Positions 14,602 to 20,602 of a stretch of 20,602 nucleotides of DNA are shown here, piece after piece. Below the pieces are notes generated by a model. The model was not told the DNA's origin. It saw only the letters and a program-made list of their open reading frames with translations, and did not search any database. Within the stretch, counting starts at the first letter, position 1. Every line of letters starts with the position of its first letter. Position numbers and translations under genes: made by a program. Source of the stretch: Sulfurimonadaceae bacterium (GTDB lineage: Bacteria > Campylobacterota > Campylobacteria > Campylobacterales > Sulfurimonadaceae). The stretch lies in the NCBI GenBank assembly GCA_041562555.1, contig JBFEXS010000028.1:1-20602 (forward strand), read 5' to 3'.

Positions 14602-15144
14602 ATGAAAGAGATTTTATTGAGTCTTGCACGGGCATCGATCAAAAGTAGTTTGATGAATGCTTCTGTTGACACCTCTGATATTGAGAAAGAATACCCTGTA
14701 TTGATCGAGCAGGGGGCATGTTTCGTCACTTTGACGATAGATGGTGAACTTCGGGGGTGCATCGGTTCAATCCTGGCCCGGAGGACATTGCTCGAGGATG
14801 TGTTGTCAAATGCCAGAGCGGCGGCTTTTAATGATCCCCGCTTTCCCCCTTTAAGGGAGGAGGAACTGTCCCAGGTGAAGATCGAAGTCTCTGTCTTGAC
14901 GCACCCTGAAGTTTTGGAGTACACAGATCCTGATGATCTGAAGTCCAAAATTCGCAGGGGAATTGATGGGGTCATATTAAAGTCAGGGTTTAACCAGGCT
15001 ACATTTTTACCTCAGGTGTGGGATGAGTTGCATAGCTTTGAGCTTTTTTTTACACATCTTTGTCAAAAAGCAGGGCTCTCGCCCTCCTGTTTGCACAGGC
15101 ATCCTGAGATACGGGTATATCAGGTTGATAAAGTGAGTGAATGA
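14602..15144 (+). CDS. amrA: AmmeMemoRadiSam system protein A (AMMECR1 domain)
   Basis: ACFVTL..DGELRGCIG, AAFNDPRFPPL, IEVSVL, ATFLPQVW, LCQKAG; GAGGAG RBS before ATG 14602. Confidence 0.95.
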   Translation: MKEILLSLARASIKSSLMNASVDTSDIEKEYPVLIEQGACFVTLTIDGELRGCIGSILARRTLLEDVLSNARAAAFNDPRFPPLREEELSQVKIEVSVLTHPEVLEYTDPDDLKSKIRRGIDGVILKSGFNQATFLPQVWDELHSFELFFTHLCQKAGLSPSCLHRHPEIRVYQVDKVSE

Positions 15145-16136
15145 TGGAATACTATAAAGAGTATAAAGAGGGTAAACTGATCTGTACCCTTTGTCAACAC
15201 TATTGCAAGATCAAAGAAGGAAATACCGGTATTTGCGGTGTTAACAAGAATATAGGGGAGAAGATAGAATGTCTTGTATATGGATATCCTTTGGCAATCA
15301 ATATTGATCGGATTGAGAAGAAGCCTCTATTTCATTTTATGCCCGGAGCCAAGATATTTTCATTGGGGACAGTCGGATGTAATTTTCGCTGTTCATTTTG
15401 CCAGAATTGGGGAATATCACAAGAGCATGAAGTGGACAAGTCTCACTATTATGCTCCCAAGGAAATCGTGGGTCTTGCATTGCAACATCAGTGTCCGGCG
15501 ATCGCATATACCTATAATGAACCGACGATATTTTACCCTTATGCCTATGATATCGCTATGGAGGCAAAAGCACATGGGCTAAAGAATGTATACGTCAGTA
15601 ATGGCTATGAGTCTACGGAGATGATAGAAGACATGGAGGGGATTATCGATGCAGTGAACATCGATCTGAAATCTTTTGATCCGCGTTATTACAAAAAAGA
15701 ACTTGGTGGAGATCTCAACAAGGTCCTAAAGAACCTGAAACATTTCGCAGAAAAAAAGATCTGGATGGAGATCACGACCCTGATTGTTCCTACGAAAAAT
15801 GATTCGGATGAAGAGCTTCATAAGATAGCAGGGTTTATTGCTGAAGAATTAGGAAAAGATGTTCCTTGGCATATCAGTGCTTTTCATCCAGACTATAAGG
15901 AACTTGAACTGCCACGAACATCAGAACAGACTCTCAAACATGCCTATAGCATAGGTAAGGAGCATGGTCTGAATTATGTGTATATGGGAAACCTGATACA
16001 TGAGACGCCGACGCGATGTCCATCTTGTGATTCTATTTTGATAGAGAGAGATTATTATCGCTCAACACTAAGCCATCTTGATCGGGGAAGCTGCCCTCAA
16101 TGCGGTGAAAAGATTGCAGGAGTATATGATGAGTAA
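15141..16136 (+). CDS. amrS: AmmeMemoRadiSam system radical SAM enzyme
   Basis: C.LC.H.C, IEKKPLFHF.PG, CNFRCSFCQNW, AYTYNEPTI; between amrA and amrB. Confidence 0.96.
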   Translation: MMEYYKEYKEGKLICTLCQHYCKIKEGNTGICGVNKNIGEKIECLVYGYPLAINIDRIEKKPLFHFMPGAKIFSLGTVGCNFRCSFCQNWGISQEHEVDKSHYYAPKEIVGLALQHQCPAIAYTYNEPTIFYPYAYDIAMEAKAHGLKNVYVSNGYESTEMIEDMEGIIDAVNIDLKSFDPRYYKKELGGDLNKVLKNLKHFAEKKIWMEITTLIVPTKNDSDEELHKIAGFIAEELGKDVPWHISAFHPDYKELELPRTSEQTLKHAYSIGKEHGLNYVYMGNLIHETPTRCPSCDSILIERDYYRSTLSHLDRGSCPQCGEKIAGVYDE

Positions 16137-16914
16137 ACGAGAGACCAGTGTAGCCGGGACTTTCTATCCGGACAGTTGTGGCCAGATCAAGGAGTATATA
16201 GAGGTCTTTGAAAAGAATCTATCCAAGCCCGGAGGTACAAAGAAAGCCAAGGCGATTATTTCTCCCCACGCAGGTTATATCTATAGCGGATTCACAGCCA
16301 ATATGGCATATAGGGAAATCGAAACAAAGGATATCAAAAGAGTCGTAGTGATCGGACCAAGCCATCGTGTCTATATAAAGGGAGCGAGTGTGGCTCTGTA
16401 TGATGAGTACAGCTCACCCTGTGCTACAGTCAAAATGGATCTCTCCTATTCAAAGAGGCTGGTTGAGGAGTATTCTGTCCTGCATTTTGATCCTTCTGCC
16501 CATGCAGAGCACTCTACAGAGACACAGGTACCCTTTATAAAACACTATTTTTCAGAGATTGAATTAGTGGAGATCGTGTATGGTGAGATAGATTACAGGG
16601 ATCTTGTACCCATTATTGAACAGGTTTTGGATGAGAAGGAAAGCTTTGTGGTGATCAGTACGGATTTAAGTCATTTTTATGATCTTAAGACAGCGAATGT
16701 TCTGGATTCCGTTTGCCTGAAAGCCATTCAGGAGATGGATGTGGCCATGCTTGAAGAGGGATGCGAGGCGTGTGGGATGCTTGGGGTTAAAGCGCTTCTG
16801 ACAGCCGCCCGAAAATCCGGGCTTAAAAGTGAGCTGATGGATTATCGAACCTCCTGTGATCAAAACTCCGATGAAACCAGTGTTGTAGGGTATCTATCCG
16901 CGTTGATACTGTAA
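16129..16914 (+). CDS. amrB: AmmeMemoRadiSam system protein B (MEMO1 family)
   Basis: VAGTFYP, PHAGYIYSG, IGPSH, EHSTETQVPF, STDLSHF, EACG, SVVGY; AGGAG RBS. Confidence 0.95.
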   Translation: MSKRETSVAGTFYPDSCGQIKEYIEVFEKNLSKPGGTKKAKAIISPHAGYIYSGFTANMAYREIETKDIKRVVVIGPSHRVYIKGASVALYDEYSSPCATVKMDLSYSKRLVEEYSVLHFDPSAHAEHSTETQVPFIKHYFSEIELVEIVYGEIDYRDLVPIIEQVLDEKESFVVISTDLSHFYDLKTANVLDSVCLKAIQEMDVAMLEEGCEACGMLGVKALLTAARKSGLKSELMDYRTSCDQNSDETSVVGYLSALIL

Positions 16915-16918
16915 GGCC

Positions 16919-18550
16919 TTAAAAGATCCTTCCTTTCCAAGGCAGTCCGATGTTGTAGCGAAGTTGATCAAAGAAACGATAGATCTTGAAGAAAAACGGC
17001 ATGCGTAGTTTATACACCTTGCAATAGGATGCTTTTGATCCAGATTTGTAAATGATGGAATTAACTGCCCGTCGTGCAGCTTCATTTGCTCCTTCCATCG
17101 TTGCCAGATCGGTATTGGTACGTACATAATCCGAGGCAAAGAGGAGATTGTGGATACGACTGTAATCATCCGGACGCATATGCCATGAATTGATGACATT
17201 GACCAGCAATGGCTCGCTGTTTTTTGTCTTTTCACCGGCTTTGATCTTGATCGAGGGGTCTAAAAAGGCCGAGAGAAGATACTCGTCTTTGAGTTGGTCT
17301 TCGCAATCTTTTGCCAGAGACTCTTTAAGCTGCAACCAGACCTCTTTGATTATCTCATCTTCACTACATTCGGAGGCCTTCTTCTTATTGAAGGTACCTT
17401 CAACTTCCCATTCGGAAATGTCTACAGAGATAATTCCCTTCACATTGCCATCGCCAAAACCATCCATAGGGAAGTCTTTCCAAAATTGTGCTTGAGAGAT
17501 AGAAGTAAGTGCCCAGGGAGAATCAACATAGATGGAGTGACCGTGGGTGATCTTTATATCCGTATTAAGATAAAATTGTATACCGTTCATCCATGAAACG
17601 TTCTTTGAGAGCGGGATTATGCTTTGCAGGGTCGGATCTACTTTTAGCATCTCGTCTGTTATCAGGGGCGCGAACCGATCGACGGGAATCGCAAAAATAA
17701 AATAGTCTGCTTCGACCTCGAATGTTTCATCTTTATGCACGATCGTGACGGACTTGATATCCTCACCTTGCATCTGTATAGAGGTGACTTCATGCTCAAA
17801 CTTGTATTCAAGGCCTTTTCCATCCAGATACTCAAGCCATGGATCTATCCATACATCGTTGGTCGGGCCGTTAAGGACCCTGTCACTGCTTACTCCCGGT
17901 TCGATCAGATCAAAAAAGAGTTGTACAAGGATATCGCCAACTGTTTTTGAGGCAGCTTTGTTTGCCTGTGCAGCGACAAGGGATCTGGTAAGTCCTTCGA
18001 CGAGAAATTTTCGATAAGCATCAGAAAAACGGGACGCTTCAAGCATCTCTTCCCACGGGGTTCGTTCCAATTCATCCCAGCGCCTGTCATCACAGGACGT
18101 GAGGATCTGCCAGATACGTTTGGAAAAGTATTTGATCTCTTCTTCTGTTAGACCGGAGTCCTGGGTAAAGATCATGGCAATCATGACTTCAAGATCTTTT
18201 AGTGACCTTGGAAAACGTGAGATCATGGTGATCGGAGCCTTGTTGTATTGCAGCAGATCAATGCGGGTCGTATCCACAAGGTTCTCAAAGACCGTTCCCC
18301 CCTTATAGGGTATCTCTTTCATGGTACGTGTGATGTGTTGGTAAAAACGGGGGAAGAAACGAAACCCATGTTCTCCTGGAAGCGGTTTTTTGTTCGGAGC
18401 AGCCGAATCAGGTACATTGATCGAACGGGCTTTTCCTCCTGGAATGCTTAACTGTTCATACACCGTGACATCAAAGTCTCTGTGTATCAGTTCATGTGCG
18501 GCAGAGAGACCGCCGACACCACCCCCTAATATCACTACTTTCTTCTTCAT
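16919..18550 (-). CDS. FAD-dependent oxidoreductase, carotenoid desaturase / hydroxysqualene dehydroxylase-like (amino-oxidase superfamily)
   Basis: GGGVGGLSAA..L...V.VYE....GGK dinucleotide motif, EHGFRFFP.FY, ASDYVRT..DLATMEGANEAARRAVN. Confidence 0.85.
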   Translation of the reverse strand: MKKKVVILGGGVGGLSAAHELIHRDFDVTVYEQLSIPGGKARSINVPDSAAPNKKPLPGEHGFRFFPRFYQHITRTMKEIPYKGGTVFENLVDTTRIDLLQYNKAPITMISRFPRSLKDLEVMIAMIFTQDSGLTEEEIKYFSKRIWQILTSCDDRRWDELERTPWEEMLEASRFSDAYRKFLVEGLTRSLVAAQANKAASKTVGDILVQLFFDLIEPGVSSDRVLNGPTNDVWIDPWLEYLDGKGLEYKFEHEVTSIQMQGEDIKSVTIVHKDETFEVEADYFIFAIPVDRFAPLITDEMLKVDPTLQSIIPLSKNVSWMNGIQFYLNTDIKITHGHSIYVDSPWALTSISQAQFWKDFPMDGFGDGNVKGIISVDISEWEVEGTFNKKKASECSEDEIIKEVWLQLKESLAKDCEDQLKDEYLLSAFLDPSIKIKAGEKTKNSEPLLVNVINSWHMRPDDYSRIHNLLFASDYVRTNTDLATMEGANEAARRAVNSIIYKSGSKASYCKVYKLRMPFFFKIYRFFDQLRYNIGLPWKGRIF

Positions 18551-18620
18551 CTTGTTTCCCTGTCATAAAAATTTGACAAGAGTATACTTGAAGTTGTTTG
18601 AAGTGAAGCTAATGAGATAT

Positions 18621-18950
18621 TTAGAGTAGTCCCAGCTCCAGTTTGATCTCATAAGGAATCGCGTCAGGGGACCAGGGAGGATCAAATACAAGCTCGACTG
18701 TCATTTCATCGATCTCTTCAATGAAGTAAGCGATATTTCTTACCTGATCTATCAAACTCTCGGCAACGGGACAGGCCGGGGAGGTAAGGGTCATCTCGAT
18801 GTAACAGATAAGTTGCGTATCTTTCGCATAGAGGTCTATCTTATAGATCAGGCCCAGATCATAGATGTTGACAGGTATCTCAGGATCATAGATGTTCTTT
18901 AATAGGGAGATGACCTTTTCTTTGGTTGTTTCAAATATATCTTTAGGCAT
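18621..18950 (-). CDS. sufT: DUF59/SufT-like Fe-S cluster assembly factor
   Basis: YDPEIPVNIYDLGLIY, MTLTSPACP, VFDPPW. Confidence 0.93.
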   Translation of the reverse strand: MPKDIFETTKEKVISLLKNIYDPEIPVNIYDLGLIYKIDLYAKDTQLICYIEMTLTSPACPVAESLIDQVRNIAYFIEEIDEMTVELVFDPPWSPDAIPYEIKLELGLL

Positions 18951-19359
18951 CTATCTTCTCCCGGGCAAAACTATAAATGCGTTTGAGCATAGAGGCAATG
19001 CCATTTTGACGGCCGGAGGAGATGATCTCACTGAGTCCAAGTTGTTTGAGCTCGGAGGTATCGACAGCCAAGATCTCTTGGGCCGTATGGCCCGAATAGA
19101 TACGAATGAGCATATCAGCAAGCCCTTTGGATATGAGTGCATCCCCATCCGCCTCAAAATAGATTTTTCCTTCTTCAAGGTAAGGGTGAAGCCAGAGTTG
19201 TGATTGACACCCTTGCACCTTGTAGATAGGGCTTTTGTAGGTTTCTTCCAGGGGTGATAGCTGTTTGCCCAGTTCGATGATGTACTCATATTTGTCCATG
19301 ACATCCTCGAAGAGGGAAAGTTCCTCTTTGAGTTGAAGGATCGTCTCAAGAACCGTCAT
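18943..19359 (-). CDS. sufE: Cysteine desulfuration protein SufE
   Basis: KYEYIIELGKQL, VQGCQSQLW, DALISKGL, RQNG. Confidence 0.95.
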   Translation of the reverse strand: MTVLETILQLKEELSLFEDVMDKYEYIIELGKQLSPLEETYKSPIYKVQGCQSQLWLHPYLEEGKIYFEADGDALISKGLADMLIRIYSGHTAQEILAVDTSELKQLGLSEIISSGRQNGIASMLKRIYSFAREKIDA

Positions 19360-20519
19360 CGCAAGATCTCCTCCGCCTTCAAAACGGCTTCGATGGTCTT
19401 GTCTATCTCCTCTTGAGTGTTATACAGACCGAAACTCAGACGCAGCGTCCCTTTGATACCAAGGCGTCGCATAATGGGCAGAGCACAGTGGTGACCGGAA
19501 CGGAGCATGATACCCTGTTTGGAAAGCAGGACTGCAAGATCATCATGGTGAATGCCTTGGAGATTAAAACTGATATTACCAAGGACATTGGCGGCATCGG
19601 TATAGAGCTCAATCATGGTAAGCTCAGACAGTCTTTCTTTGGCATAACGCATCAGGTCCGCGTCATGCTCCTGTACACCTTTACGTGCTGATAGGTAGCG
19701 TAAGGCTGTTTTGAACCCGATCGCTTCGGCAATGGCTTGAGTCCCTGCTTCGAAGCGTAAAGGGGGGTCTAGAAAAGTGGAGTAGTCAAAGCTGACATCT
19801 TCAATCATACTTCCTCCTCCCTGATAGGGGTCCATCTTCTCTAAAAGCGAAAACTTTCCATAGAGGGCACCTATACCTGTGGGTCCATAGGCCTTGTGGG
19901 CAGATACAGCATAAAAGTCTGCATCAACTGTTTTGACGTCTATTGCAAGGTGGGCCAGGGCCTGTGCCCCATCGATAAGGACTTCACACTCGTATTGGTG
20001 GGCAAGGCGGATAAGCTCCTCAATGGGGTTTACAATACCAAAACTGTTAGAGACATGTGTAAGGGAGACAAAGCTTTTCGGATGTTCTTTGAGCAGGGCT
20101 TCATAGGTATCCAGGTCGATGTTGAGATCTTGATCGATAGGGATCACTTCAATATGCAGTTCGTTAAGTTGCCAGGGAACGATATTGGAGTGATGTTCCA
20201 GGGGTGTGAGAATGACGGTGTCAAAGCGGGATTTTACATAGCTTGACGCGAGCAGGTTGATCGCTTCTGTTGTCCCCCTGGTAAAGATGACCTCATTATA
20301 TTGTGCACCGATAAAATCAGCAAGCACTTGACGGGCTTCTTCATACTCCTGTGTCGCCCGGTTTCCAAGGTCATGGGAGCCTCGGTGTGTGTTGGAGCAA
20401 TAGTGTGTATAGTAATCGTTCATCTTTTCCAAGACGATATAGGGTTTTTGTGTTGTGGCTGCATTGTCAAGATAGATGATATCCTCATGCTCAAAAAAGG
20501 GAAAGTCTTCTCTATACAT
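19356..20519 (-). CDS. sufS: Cysteine desulfurase SufS (group II)
   Basis: YLDNAATTQKP, EHHSNIVPWQ, SAHK PLP lysine, FEAGT, RSGHHCA; ATG 20519 with GGGAG RBS. Confidence 0.96.
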   Translation of the reverse strand: MYREDFPFFEHEDIIYLDNAATTQKPYIVLEKMNDYYTHYCSNTHRGSHDLGNRATQEYEEARQVLADFIGAQYNEVIFTRGTTEAINLLASSYVKSRFDTVILTPLEHHSNIVPWQLNELHIEVIPIDQDLNIDLDTYEALLKEHPKSFVSLTHVSNSFGIVNPIEELIRLAHQYECEVLIDGAQALAHLAIDVKTVDADFYAVSAHKAYGPTGIGALYGKFSLLEKMDPYQGGGSMIEDVSFDYSTFLDPPLRFEAGTQAIAEAIGFKTALRYLSARKGVQEHDADLMRYAKERLSELTMIELYTDAANVLGNISFNLQGIHHDDLAVLLSKQGIMLRSGHHCALPIMRRLGIKGTLRLSFGLYNTQEEIDKTIEAVLKAEEILR

Positions 20520-20601
20520 AGGCTTCTCCCAGCGTCTGGAGTATACGATTCTTGTGTTGAGTATCACTGATATGCTCCAGGCTTTCATTCACAAAGGCTC
20601 T
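20512..20601 (-). CDS. sufD: C-terminal end of the upstream gene, probably SufD (partial, runs off the window)
   Basis: Open frame RAFVNESLEHISDTQHKNRILQTLGEAYV* overlapping the sufS start; position fits sufBCDSE order. Confidence 0.6.
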   Translation of the reverse strand, partial: RAFVNESLEHISDTQHKNRILQTLGEAYV

Positions 20602-20602
20602 G

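Noticed and set aside
190..20570. Numerous antisense or alternative-frame ORFs in the track (e.g. 258-689, 4009-4521, 7164-7577, 11510-12025, 14493-14975, 18951-19349)
   Set aside because: They overlap well-supported genes, lack RBS and recognisable motifs, and look like shadow ORFs
1..20602. CRISPR array, tRNA/rRNA, transposase, integrase or phage genes
   Set aside because: No regularly spaced repeats, cloverleaf/rRNA signatures or recombinase motifs seen by eye

Overview
Mostly ordinary chromosomal sequence, probably from a Campylobacterota bacterium (Sulfurovum/Sulfurimonas-like). That assignment is an inference from AAGGA ribosome-binding sites, TGnTATAAT promoters, a GGAACA-N4-TTGC sigma-54 box and gene content. 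Recognisable genes are ald, an RcnR/FrmR-type repressor divergent from a DmeF-like CDF exporter, rhodanese, DUF4242, a thioredoxin-like [2Fe-2S] ferredoxin, aldo/keto reductase, GNAT, thioredoxin, two tandem group III truncated haemoglobins, sfsA, a SAM methyltransferase, panE, the AmmeMemoRadiSam amrA-amrS-amrB operon, a carotenoid/hopanoid-desaturase-like FAD oxidoreductase and the end of a suf operon (sufD'-sufS-sufE-sufT). The most unusual part is an AT-rich insert at about 1825-3200 with integron gene-cassette signatures but no integrase in the window. It carries a two-TM unknown protein and a stand-alone PLD/HKD nuclease-like protein, which are candidate anti-phage cassettes, and is preceded by a highly structured 262-bp non-coding element. 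Other signals absent from the ORF track: a 29-bp semi-palindromic motif repeated at identical spacing before two unrelated genes, an ahpC 3' remnant beside an orphan promoter, a switch-like 5' leader, an FNR/CRP-type class II promoter on the globins, a probable CTG start, a sigma-54 promoter on an unknown gene, and two small membrane-peptide ORFs.
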